Virus record (IMG/VR): IMGVR_UViG_3300042545_001134 | Coordinates: 62,001 to 126,000 of that record | Direction: 5' to 3' (one strand) | DNA: 64,000 bases | In this document: positions 45,270 through 54,543 of the stretch, piece after piece | Numbering within the stretch: the stretch's first letter is position 1 | How the letters are laid out: each line of letters opens with the position of its first letter | Translations under genes and position numbers: made by a program | Notes under the pieces: generated by a model | Seen by the model: the letters and a program-made list of their open reading frames with translations, nothing else | Database searches by the model: none | Told to the model about the DNA's origin: nothing

Positions 45270-45467
45270 ATGAAAGCACAGACAAAACTTACGAGTGTTC
45301 ACATTTTAGATGATGTGTACAAAAAATTCAAAATCAACACGATAGATGGTTCAATTAACCTACAGAAGTTAGTTAATAGGGCTCTTGATTTATACAATAC
45401 AAGAGAGGATTTTAGAGACCAGATAAACAACCATAACGGTTTGGCAACAACGGGGTCTAAATTCTAA
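45270..45467 (+). CDS. Small ribbon-helix-helix-like DNA-binding protein
   Basis: Beta strand TSVHI, helix, LQKLVNRALDLY. Confidence 0.5.
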   Translation: MKAQTKLTSVHILDDVYKKFKINTIDGSINLQKLVNRALDLYNTREDFRDQINNHNGLATTGSKF

Positions 45468-45469
45468 CT

Positions 45470-46828
45470 ATGAAGAAAAAGATTCTATTATTATCTGATG
45501 ATTTAAGAATGACATCGGGTGTTGCTACTATGTCAAAAGAATTGGTAATGGGTACTATTCACAAGTACGATTGGGTACAGTTGGGTAGTGCAATCAACCA
45601 TCCTGAGGCAGGTAAAATTGTAGATATAAATGCGGACATTAGGGAGAAGACAAGAGTACTTGATGCAAACCTTAAAATCATTCCAAGTAATGGATATGGT
45701 AATATTTTTACATTGAGGTCTCTTATTGAGTCTGAGAAACCTGACGCAATATTACACTTCACCGACCCACATTACTGGCAATGGTTGTACGAGGCGGAAC
45801 ATGAGATTAGACAACAAATTCCAATTCTATATTACCACGTGTGGGATAACCTACCTGACCCAACCTATAATAGAAACAATTATGAAAGTTGTGATTGGAT
45901 TGGTTGTATCTCCAAACAAACATATGGTTTAGTCCATAGAGTGGGTAAAATGGATAACGAACCAACCTTCAAACCTTTGGAGGATTGGCAAATCAGTTAT
46001 GTTCCTCACGGTATTAATTCAGATGTGTTCAAACCAACAGATAGTGTTGCTGATGATTTAAAGAAATACATTTACGAAGATAAAGAATATGATTTTATTC
46101 TATTCTATAACAATCGTAACATCAAAAGAAAACAACCGGGTGATGTGATATTATCATATAAATTATTCTGTGATTCTTTACCTAAAGAACAATCCGATAA
46201 ATGTTTATTGTTAATGCACACCACACCAATCGATGAGAATGGTACCGACCTACCGGCGGTGGCTAAAAGTGTTTGTCCCGACTATAATATTAAGTTTGTT
46301 AACTTAAAATTGGAACAGAATAAATTGAATGAGTTGTATAATATTGTTGACTGTACAATTAACATTGCGAACAACGAAGGTTTTGGTTTGGGTACCGCCG
46401 AAAGTATAATGGCTGGCACACCAATCATTGTTAATGTCACAGGTGGATTACAAGACCAATGTGGTTTTGATTACACCGCAGACAATTACATAACATTCGG
46501 TTCACTCCACAATAGAAAGAAACACGGTTCAACTTTACATGGTGAATGGGTTGTACCCGTTTGGCCATCCGTTAACAATCTAAATGGTTCGGTCCCAACT
46601 CCTTTCATTTATGAAGACAGAGTAAACAATAATGATGTTGCCGGTGCAATTTCTGAAGTTTATGGTTGGGGTAAAGAAGGAAGAAAAGAACGAGGATTAA
46701 AAGGTAGAGAATGGGCAATCGAAAACCTATCAAGTAAAGTGATGTGTGATTCATTAATTGATGGAATTGAAACAACTTTCAAAAACTATAAACCTAAAAA
46801 GAAATTTGAATTATATCGTATAGTATGA
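45470..46828 (+). CDS. GT-B (family 4-like) glycosyltransferase
   Basis: SGVAT, VPHGI, RNIKRKQ, NEGFGLGTAE...TGGLQDQ. Confidence 0.85.
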   Translation: MKKKILLLSDDLRMTSGVATMSKELVMGTIHKYDWVQLGSAINHPEAGKIVDINADIREKTRVLDANLKIIPSNGYGNIFTLRSLIESEKPDAILHFTDPHYWQWLYEAEHEIRQQIPILYYHVWDNLPDPTYNRNNYESCDWIGCISKQTYGLVHRVGKMDNEPTFKPLEDWQISYVPHGINSDVFKPTDSVADDLKKYIYEDKEYDFILFYNNRNIKRKQPGDVILSYKLFCDSLPKEQSDKCLLLMHTTPIDENGTDLPAVAKSVCPDYNIKFVNLKLEQNKLNELYNIVDCTINIANNEGFGLGTAESIMAGTPIIVNVTGGLQDQCGFDYTADNYITFGSLHNRKKHGSTLHGEWVVPVWPSVNNLNGSVPTPFIYEDRVNNNDVAGAISEVYGWGKEGRKERGLKGREWAIENLSSKVMCDSLIDGIETTFKNYKPKKKFELYRIV

Positions 46829-48072
46829 GTAAACCTTTTTTATTATTTAGAGGACCCGTTGAAACATTAAGTGGGTATGGAGCACACTCGAGAGATTTAT
46901 TGAGGTCTCTTCGTGACATGGACTTATTTGAAATAAGGGTGGATTCGTGTCATTGGGGTTCAACACCAAAAACGGCATTACAAGAGGATACCGAATATAA
47001 TAAGTGGATACTTGCGCATATCGTTAAAGTGATACCCGCAACTCCCGATGTTTATGTTCAGGTTACAGTACCAAATGAATTCCAAAAGATTGGTAGGTTC
47101 AGTATCGGTATAACTGCCGGTATTGAAACAACAATGGCATCAAAGGAATGGATTGATGGTTGTAACAGAATGGATTTAATCATCACAACTTCAACCTTCT
47201 CCAAGGAAGTACTACTTCAAACCGTTTACAATGAAACTGATAACCTAACCGGTAAACTAATTAAACAACATAAAATTGAGAAACCTGTTGAGGTTCTTTT
47301 TGAGGGTGTTGACACTGAAATTTATAATGATAAATTTTCAGGGTTAGATGTTGGAATTAACGAAGATTTTTCTTATCTTTTTGTTGGTCACTGGTTAAAA
47401 GGTAATTTAGGTCAGGATAGAAAAGATGTTGGTATGTTAATTAAGTGTTTCTCTGAGGCATTTAAGGATTCGGAAGAACAACCCGCATTAATTCTTAAAA
47501 CATCTTCAGCATCTTTTTCGATAAAAGAAAGAGAAAACTTTAAGAAGAAAATTTCTGATTTGGTTAAGGGAATTGAAAACCCACCGCCAATCTATCTTTT
47601 ATTCGGTGAGTTAACAGACAAGGAAATGAATGAGTTATACAATCACCCAAAAGTGAAGGCAATGGTAACCTTAACAAAAGGCGAAGGATTCGGTAGACCT
47701 CTACTTGAGTTCTCAATGACAGGTAAACCTATTCTTGCATCTAATTGGTCGGGACATAAAGACTTCTTACCAATGGATAAGGCAGTAATGTTAGGTGGTT
47801 CATTGACTGATGTTCATGAGAGTGTTGTTGATTCATTTATCATCAAGGGGTCAAAATGGTTTACACCAAACTATGGTGAAGTTGTTGAGATTATGAGAAT
47901 GGTTAAAAATGAATATGACACGTTCTACGGTAACTCTCAAGTTTTGATGGAAGAGAATAGAGAAAAATATTCGATGTCAAAAATGACCGAGAAGTTTGAA
48001 TCAATCATAACACCATATGTGGTTAAACCTAAAGAAGTTAAATTAAAAATACCTCAGTTAACAAAACTATAA
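46825..48072 (+). CDS. GT-B glycosyltransferase
   Basis: SGYGAHSRD, QDRKDVG, KGEGFGRPLLEF, SNWSGH. Confidence 0.85.
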   Translation: MSKPFLLFRGPVETLSGYGAHSRDLLRSLRDMDLFEIRVDSCHWGSTPKTALQEDTEYNKWILAHIVKVIPATPDVYVQVTVPNEFQKIGRFSIGITAGIETTMASKEWIDGCNRMDLIITTSTFSKEVLLQTVYNETDNLTGKLIKQHKIEKPVEVLFEGVDTEIYNDKFSGLDVGINEDFSYLFVGHWLKGNLGQDRKDVGMLIKCFSEAFKDSEEQPALILKTSSASFSIKERENFKKKISDLVKGIENPPPIYLLFGELTDKEMNELYNHPKVKAMVTLTKGEGFGRPLLEFSMTGKPILASNWSGHKDFLPMDKAVMLGGSLTDVHESVVDSFIIKGSKWFTPNYGEVVEIMRMVKNEYDTFYGNSQVLMEENREKYSMSKMTEKFESIITPYVVKPKEVKLKIPQLTKL

Positions 48073-48353
48073 TGGGATTACTTGACAATTTTAAATTAGG
48101 TAGAGAAAATGAAGACAATTCATTTTTATTTACGAACCATAACCTTCAATTATTTACATTACAACCGACAGTTACATTTAATCAAACCGAATGGATGTTT
48201 CAATTTGATGAAGGTGAACCGACGGTTTTCGCAACACAACAAGAAGAATCCAATTTAACGATAACACTCAACAACACCAATCACGCATCGATAGAATTTA
48301 CGGGACCCAATAATCAAAAATTTAAAATATTCGCAAGAGAAAGACAACAATGA
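48072..48353 (+). CDS. Hypothetical protein
   Basis: ORF track. Confidence 0.55.
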   Translation: MGLLDNFKLGRENEDNSFLFTNHNLQLFTLQPTVTFNQTEWMFQFDEGEPTVFATQQEESNLTITLNNTNHASIEFTGPNNQKFKIFARERQQ

Positions 48354-48976
48354 AAATAAGTTATGCAATTACCGTTTGTGATGAGTTACAAGAAATCAAA
48401 AGACTTGTACCGTTTCTTTTAGAACATAAAAGACCTGAAGATGAAATCATAGTTTTATATGACCAAAAAAATGGGTCGGATGAGGTAATTGATTTCTTAT
48501 TACCATTTAATAGATTCCCACATGTTCAAACATGGAGAGGTATGGTTTTCGTAAATGATTTTTCTATTTGGAAAAACAAATTAAACGATTACTGTGGTGG
48601 TGATTACATTTTACAATTGGATGCGGATGAAATGATTACCGAGGAACTAATTAAAATGTTACCGGCAATACTTGAATCAAATCCTGAAGTTGATTTGTTT
48701 GTACTTCCTCGAATAAACACGGTGGATGGTATAACCGAAGAACACATTAACAAGTGGGGATGGAAACAAGATGAACAGGGTAGAATTAACTTCCCTGATT
48801 GGCAGGGTAGATTATACCGTAAAGGTTTAAACTGGTATGGTAAAGTTCATGAAAAAATTATAGGGGCAAAGAAATATTCGATTATGCCTGAAGATGAGGG
48901 ATTTTGTATCCTTCATCCTAAAACAATCGAGAGACAGGAAAGACAAAATAATTTTTACAGTAAAATTCAAAAGTAA
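48350..48976 (+). CDS. Glycosyltransferase family 2
   Basis: ISYAITVCDE, QLDADE, FPDWQGRLY, GKVHE. Confidence 0.85.
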   Translation: MKISYAITVCDELQEIKRLVPFLLEHKRPEDEIIVLYDQKNGSDEVIDFLLPFNRFPHVQTWRGMVFVNDFSIWKNKLNDYCGGDYILQLDADEMITEELIKMLPAILESNPEVDLFVLPRINTVDGITEEHINKWGWKQDEQGRINFPDWQGRLYRKGLNWYGKVHEKIIGAKKYSIMPEDEGFCILHPKTIERQERQNNFYSKIQK

Positions 48977-49734
48977 TGAAGTTAATTTTAGCAACTGGGT
49001 CCGATATAAATTATATGACCAAGATGAGACCATACTTTAAATCAATTGAGAAAAACTCAAACTTCGATAAGAATGTTTTGGTTTTTGTTGGTGATGGGGA
49101 AGGTTTATCATTACCATTTAAAACTATCGATATCGCAACATTATCGATTTCAGACGTACAGGCATTGAATAATAATAAGTGTGTTCAACACGGGGATTTC
49201 TTAAACTCCAATCACTTCAATTCAATAACCCAAGATGATGACGTTATCTTCTATACTGACGGTGACATCATCCTTCAACGTAACATGACTGACGAAGAGT
49301 TAGAACAATTCAGAAACTTCAAAGATGGTGACGTTTATGTTGGTTATAATGCATCACCAACTGACACATTAATGATTGAATCGGGTAGATTAGGTCAAAC
49401 GGGTGTTAAGGTTGACGGTGTGAGTGACAAACCGTGGGATAAGATTAAAGTCTATAACACCGGTGTTCTCGCAATGAATAAAAGAACTTGGGCTAAACTA
49501 CTAAGTGACTATGTTGAATTGTATCCGTCAGTTGAACCAATGTTTGCGCATTACGCAAAACAACAATGGTTGATTTCATTTTTGATTGGCACAAGAGAAG
49601 ATTACAATATAATCGAAATGCCGTACCATATCCATAATCATTTACATTTCCCAAGTCCTGAGGGTACAATCCAAGATAAAAACGGTGATGTATTTTTTAA
49701 CAATAAAAAAGTATTATTCAAACACAAATGGTAG
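48976..49734 (+). CDS. GT-A nucleotide-diphospho-sugar transferase-like protein
   Basis: IFYTDGD (DxD), YNTGV, HNHLH. Confidence 0.6.
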   Translation: MKLILATGSDINYMTKMRPYFKSIEKNSNFDKNVLVFVGDGEGLSLPFKTIDIATLSISDVQALNNNKCVQHGDFLNSNHFNSITQDDDVIFYTDGDIILQRNMTDEELEQFRNFKDGDVYVGYNASPTDTLMIESGRLGQTGVKVDGVSDKPWDKIKVYNTGVLAMNKRTWAKLLSDYVELYPSVEPMFAHYAKQQWLISFLIGTREDYNIIEMPYHIHNHLHFPSPEGTIQDKNGDVFFNNKKVLFKHKW

Positions 49735-50384
49735 AAATTTTTAAAAGGATATCTGAAATTGATATCAAAGAAATCGATTTAAATGTTTTAGAAACAATTC
49801 TCCCCACATTTGGTATGAATGGTGAGAATTCGAGAGAGTTACCTTCAGAATTGTCTGAACACTTTAATGAAGGTATTCGTTTTTGGCAGTACCCAAATCA
49901 ATTTGCTCCGTATCTTAAACAAATATCAAAATATAGAATTAAATCGTATCTTGAAATTGGTTGTAGGTGGGGTGGTACGTTTATTATAACAAAGGAAATA
50001 TTAACCAAAATAAATGGTGAAGTTAATGGATTCGCGTGTGACTTTATGCCACAATCAAGGATGCTTGACGAATACCAAAAATATGGTAATTTTAACTACT
50101 TACAAACTCATAGTCAAAAATTAAAAAGAGAATCAATAAATCAAGATATTGATTTAATTTTAATTGATGGTGACCACAGTTATGAAGGGTTAAAAAGAGA
50201 TTTTGAAATCTGTAAACAATATAACCCCAAATACGTATCTTTTCATGATATATGTAGTGACGCATGTCCTGGCGTTGTTAAGTTTTGGAATGAAATTAAG
50301 GAACAATATAAACACTATGAATTTATGAGTCAATATGATAGTGTTGACGGTAATTTTTTAGGTATTGGTTTAATAGAGATTTAA
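49728..50384 (+). CDS. Class I SAM methyltransferase (Methyltransf_24-like, sugar O-methyl type)
   Basis: YLEIGCRWGG, LILIDGDHSYEG, FHD. Confidence 0.8.
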   Translation: MVEIFKRISEIDIKEIDLNVLETILPTFGMNGENSRELPSELSEHFNEGIRFWQYPNQFAPYLKQISKYRIKSYLEIGCRWGGTFIITKEILTKINGEVNGFACDFMPQSRMLDEYQKYGNFNYLQTHSQKLKRESINQDIDLILIDGDHSYEGLKRDFEICKQYNPKYVSFHDICSDACPGVVKFWNEIKEQYKHYEFMSQYDSVDGNFLGIGLIEI

Positions 50385-50385
50385 T

Positions 50386-51483
50386 ATGGAGTACGATTAT
50401 CTAATAGTTGGTGCCGGTTTCTTCGGTTCCATATGTGCCCACGAATTAACTAAGTCAGGTAAAAAAGTTTTAGTTATTGATTCAAGAGAACACATCGGTG
50501 GCAATTGTTACACCGAGAATAAAGATGGTATCAATGTTCAAGTATACGGTGCACACATCTTCCACACATCAAACAAAGAAGTGTGGGATTGGATTAACCA
50601 ATTCGCTGAGTTTAACAACTATAGACACCATGTGATTGCCAACTACAAAGAAGAATTATATTCACTTCCTTTTAGTATGTGGACATTCAATAAACTGTGG
50701 GGAGTTAAGACACCTCAACAGGCGAAAGATATGATTGCAGAACAATCAAATGATATTGAAGAACCGAGCAACTTAGAAGAACAGGCAATCAAACTTGTAG
50801 GTAAGGATGTTTATGAAAAACTCATTAAGGGTTATACTCATAAACAATGGATGAAAGACCCCAAGGAATTACCAAAGGAAATCATTAAGAGGTTACCAGT
50901 TCGTTTTACCTATGACAACAATTATTTCTTTGACAAATATCAAGGTATCCCAATTGGTGGTTACACTCAGATTTTTGAAAAGTTATTAGAGGGAGTTGAG
51001 GTTAGATTGGGTGTGGATTATTTTAAAGGTAGTTTACCTAAACATAACAAAGTAATATTCACAGGACCAATCGATAAGTTCTTCGGTTACAAGTACGGTA
51101 AGTTAGAATACAAAACAGTTAGTTTCGAACACCAGTATTATAGTTCACCAAACCTTCAGGGTGTCCCTGTAATGAACTATACTGATGTGGATGTACCATT
51201 CACTCGTATCATTGAACATAAACACTTTGAGGGTTTAGAAACGAATGGCTCGTGGATTACATATGAATACCCACAAGAGTATGTGGCAGATAAAACTGAC
51301 CCATATTATCCTGTGAACGATAAAGAGAACAATGAAATGTTTTCAAAATATAAAGAAGAGGCGGAGAAAGTTAAGGATTGTGTATTGTTTGGTGGAAGAC
51401 TTGGTGAATACAAATACTATGACATGCATCAGGTTGTCGAATCAGCACTAAACTTTATTAAAAAGGAAATCGATGGAAATTAG
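50386..51483 (+). CDS. glf: UDP-galactopyranose mutase
   Basis: IVGAGFFG, HIGGNC, YGAHIFHT, RLPVRFTYDNNYF, FTRIIEHKHF, PYYPV, GRLGEYKYYDMHQ. Confidence 0.96.
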   Translation: MEYDYLIVGAGFFGSICAHELTKSGKKVLVIDSREHIGGNCYTENKDGINVQVYGAHIFHTSNKEVWDWINQFAEFNNYRHHVIANYKEELYSLPFSMWTFNKLWGVKTPQQAKDMIAEQSNDIEEPSNLEEQAIKLVGKDVYEKLIKGYTHKQWMKDPKELPKEIIKRLPVRFTYDNNYFFDKYQGIPIGGYTQIFEKLLEGVEVRLGVDYFKGSLPKHNKVIFTGPIDKFFGYKYGKLEYKTVSFEHQYYSSPNLQGVPVMNYTDVDVPFTRIIEHKHFEGLETNGSWITYEYPQEYVADKTDPYYPVNDKENNEMFSKYKEEAEKVKDCVLFGGRLGEYKYYDMHQVVESALNFIKKEIDGN

Positions 51484-52576
51484 TTTTGTACTTGCGGTAT
51501 TCAATAAATTAGACCTCACCAAGGATTGTTATAAAAGACTTCGTGAAATCTATCCCGATGCACCATTAGTAATCAGTAGTGGGGGTTCAACAGATGGTAC
51601 CAAAGAATGGTTAGAGTCTTTAGATGACGATAATCTTTCATTTGTTCACGATGATGATAGGTTAACCTTCTCAGAAACGTATAATGCTGCAATTAAGATT
51701 GTAGATACGGAGAAACTTGTCCTTATTCACAACGATATGGTCATTGGGAGACACTTTCTCGAGAATTTGAATAGATTACTCACACCAGACACTTTGATGT
51801 GTTATACGACCTTAGAACCACCCATTTTTGCTGGTCACCAAAGACCCGGTAAAGTGATAATGGACTTAGGTAGTTCGTTCCACGATTTTAAATGGGAAGA
51901 ATTTGATTCATATGTTGAAGAGAATAAGAACAACTGTCAGATATATGATGGTGGTGTGTTCTTTATGAGTGGTTATAAGAAACTATTCGAGGATGTGGGT
52001 TACTTTGATGGATTTAGTTTTGTACCAGCGTTTGCTGAGGATGATGACTTCTTAATCAGAACCAAACTGAAGGGATATAAATTAAAAACCACATCATGCG
52101 CAATCACATATCACTTTGTTTCACAGACTTCTCGTTTCAGTGATGATTACAAGAAAGATAGATTTAAGTATGAGGTTAACTCAAATAGAAACTTTGTTCG
52201 TAAATGGGGCATATCAATTCCATCATTCAATGAATTAAGATATTGGGAGGATAATCTATTTGTTTATAAGACTTTCACCATGGGTTTAACCACTCGCAGT
52301 CGAGCAAGGTTATTTGAGATAGAACCGTTCTTCGATAAAATCGATTTAGGGACAATTCCCGAGGATTACATCGAGAATGAACAGAAGAATACTCGTTATG
52401 ATTTAAGGTCGAAATTTGTCCTTACAGATATCGTAGATGTGATGGTTTATGAAGTTCAACCAATGACTGATGATGACATCTACACGTTACAGAAATTGAG
52501 GTTATCAATTCCATATTATGAACCGGGTGAATACCAAGTAGGTTCATTAAAGATAGAAATAAGAAAGGGGGTATAA
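51473..52576 (+). CDS. Glycosyltransferase family 2
   Basis: GGSTDGT, LIHNDM, FAEDDD, YHFVSQTSR. Confidence 0.85.
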   Translation: MEISFVLAVFNKLDLTKDCYKRLREIYPDAPLVISSGGSTDGTKEWLESLDDDNLSFVHDDDRLTFSETYNAAIKIVDTEKLVLIHNDMVIGRHFLENLNRLLTPDTLMCYTTLEPPIFAGHQRPGKVIMDLGSSFHDFKWEEFDSYVEENKNNCQIYDGGVFFMSGYKKLFEDVGYFDGFSFVPAFAEDDDFLIRTKLKGYKLKTTSCAITYHFVSQTSRFSDDYKKDRFKYEVNSNRNFVRKWGISIPSFNELRYWEDNLFVYKTFTMGLTTRSRARLFEIEPFFDKIDLGTIPEDYIENEQKNTRYDLRSKFVLTDIVDVMVYEVQPMTDDDIYTLQKLRLSIPYYEPGEYQVGSLKIEIRKGV

Positions 52577-52589
52577 ACCCCCTTTTTTT
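52564..52589. terminator. Bidirectional intrinsic terminator between convergent genes
   Basis: AAAGGGGGT-ATAA-ACCCCCTTTTTT. Confidence 0.85.
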
Positions 52590-53061
52590 ATTCGTTTGTT
52601 TCAGTTGGTTTTGATACCAATTGGAATAAGATTGAATAGTTGTCGGTAGTATCACCGGCGTTCTCCAAATCCTCTACTGTCAACGGAGTGTACTCAACTT
52701 CTTTCTCCTCGTTTAACAACTCACCGTATTCTTTTTGGAAATCGATGTATTTTGGATTTAACTCACGAGAAATAACTGCATCGTTCTCATCTTTCTGTTC
52801 AATGAACATACCGATTTGAATTCCACCTTTACCATCGTCTTCACCATGTTTTTGGATGATATCATCACGAAGTGTTTCAACTGACTTGCGTTCTGCAGAC
52901 AATCTCTCACCAAGTTCTGTCAACCAATATTTGGTTTTAAGTGCTAATTTATGTTTTCTAAAACCGATGAAAATTTCTTTTCCTGTTTGTGGATTAACCA
53001 AACCGTTAATCTCACTCTCCAATTGTAGGATTTCTCCAAGTTTAAGCGTTCTTTTTGCCAT
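52588..53061 (-). CDS. Conserved jumbo-phage coiled-coil protein (possible tail-assembly chaperone)
   Basis: ORF track; position next to tail genes. Confidence 0.55.
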   Translation of the reverse strand: MAKRTLKLGEILQLESEINGLVNPQTGKEIFIGFRKHKLALKTKYWLTELGERLSAERKSVETLRDDIIQKHGEDDGKGGIQIGMFIEQKDENDAVISRELNPKYIDFQKEYGELLNEEKEVEYTPLTVEDLENAGDTTDNYSILFQLVSKPTETNE

Positions 53062-53116
53062 AATTGTTTAATTTGATTTTTATTAATTATACATTTAATT
53101 TTTTAAATTGTCAAGT

Positions 53117-53836
53117 CTATTTCCCCAATAATTGAACTTTTGTTACCCCCGTCATCTTATCTTTTAATAAGGTTGTTAGATTCTTATCCTTTTCAATATT
53201 GATTGACGATAATTTTGAGGCAATGGTAATTGAGATACCTTCACCAGATGCAATAATCTTACCTCCATTGATTAGACCACAATATTCTTTTGCGACTTGT
53301 AATTTTTCATAGATGTTATAAAAATGTTCTTGATTGAAACCATTTTTATTAATGGCAATAAAGTATTCCCACAACATCTCAAGTTCATTATAACTCGGAT
53401 ACAATACATCTATATAATTTTTATAGTGAATCCACTCGTGTTGAGTCAAATCCATTTCATCCACATATTCTTTTTTGATTGGGTGATTAACCAAGGTATC
53501 AATATATGATATACCCTCTTTAAATGAATATGATTTTAAATCATCTAAGAATGTGTAATCGGAAATCTCGGTATCGGCATCAATCAGTATTGAGATGTCG
53601 TGATTTTTAAGAATGTATTTTGGAAGTATCATTTTATCATGATACGATTTTTGGGACCTTTCATATGGAATTACATGAAGGTATAAAGAAGTTAAAAAGT
53701 CTTTAAAGTATTCGGGGTTATCAGTTAGAACGTAACAATGATAACCCCCATTAAGAATTTGTTTTACCTTATCGGATGTGATTTTATAATAATAATCTTC
53801 ACCGAAACAAAAAATTCCAAATCCTATATTGTTCAT
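53117..53836 (-). CDS. GT-A-like hypothetical protein
   Basis: YVLTDNP, SYHDK, ILIDAD (DxD). Confidence 0.55.
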   Translation of the reverse strand: MNNIGFGIFCFGEDYYYKITSDKVKQILNGGYHCYVLTDNPEYFKDFLTSLYLHVIPYERSQKSYHDKMILPKYILKNHDISILIDADTEISDYTFLDDLKSYSFKEGISYIDTLVNHPIKKEYVDEMDLTQHEWIHYKNYIDVLYPSYNELEMLWEYFIAINKNGFNQEHFYNIYEKLQVAKEYCGLINGGKIIASGEGISITIASKLSSINIEKDKNLTTLLKDKMTGVTKVQLLGK

Positions 53837-53865
53837 AGGATATAATTTAAGGAAAAAATTTTAAA

Positions 53866-54015
53866 TTACAAAGTGTTAGATAAGAAATTTGCGTAGTTTG
53901 TTGCGGTCTCTTCCTCACCAAATGGTTCGGTTGTCTCCAACACACCATTACGTTTAAATTCAACATACCATACGTTACCATTTTGGTAAACTCTTACATC
54001 AGTTATAGTGTTCAT
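53866..54015 (-). CDS. 49-aa protein, tandem paralogue of 54017-54160
   Basis: Manual translation MNTITDVRVYQNGNVWYVEFKRNG... Confidence 0.55.
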   Translation of the reverse strand: MNTITDVRVYQNGNVWYVEFKRNGVLETTEPFGEEETATNYANFLSNTL

Positions 54016-54016
54016 A

Positions 54017-54160
54017 TTATGAATTTAATTTTAAACTAAAATTAATTGCATGTTGTTCTTCCATATATGGATTACTTATGATAGTTTCACCGTCCTGTAT
54101 GTATTTTACGTACCAACAGGTGTTTTCTAAATAAATTTCTATGTTATCGATTTCTGGCAT
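54017..54160 (-). CDS. 47-aa protein, tandem paralogue of 53866-54015
   Basis: Manual translation MPEIDNIEIYLENTCWYVKYIQDG... Confidence 0.55.
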   Translation of the reverse strand: MPEIDNIEIYLENTCWYVKYIQDGETIISNPYMEEQHAINFSLKLNS

Positions 54161-54164
54161 AATA

Positions 54165-54539
54165 TTATGAATTTATATCAAATACAGTTAATGGTCTTTG
54201 AACCACAATCCATTGTTGATTAGTTTCATCCCAAATTGCGGCCTGAGTGTTTGTAATCGATGGTCTCTCAATTGGTGAATCCCAACATTTTAATTCAGTA
54301 TTAATAACCCAAGAATTGTAAGGTTTTGGAGGTAAGAATACATCTAAAACCTCATTGTATGTGAAACCAACACCAGCGAACATTCCTCTAATGGTTCCAT
54401 TATAAGATGTTTGAATCCATCTTCCACCTAAACCTAAGTCAATCGATAGGTATTCCTCACCTCTGTGTTCTTCCTCATTAGGAACAACTAAAACTTTGGT
54501 TACAACGTTATTTAAATCTATTTCTGCAAAATGTGCCAT
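54165..54539 (-). CDS. Tail-fibre-associated small protein (MAHFAEI type)
   Basis: WIQTSYN...FAGVGFTY...PKPYNSW; follows Gly-rich gene. Confidence 0.65.
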   Translation of the reverse strand: MAHFAEIDLNNVVTKVLVVPNEEEHRGEEYLSIDLGLGGRWIQTSYNGTIRGMFAGVGFTYNEVLDVFLPPKPYNSWVINTELKCWDSPIERPSITNTQAAIWDETNQQWIVVQRPLTVFDINS

Positions 54540-54543
54540 ATTT

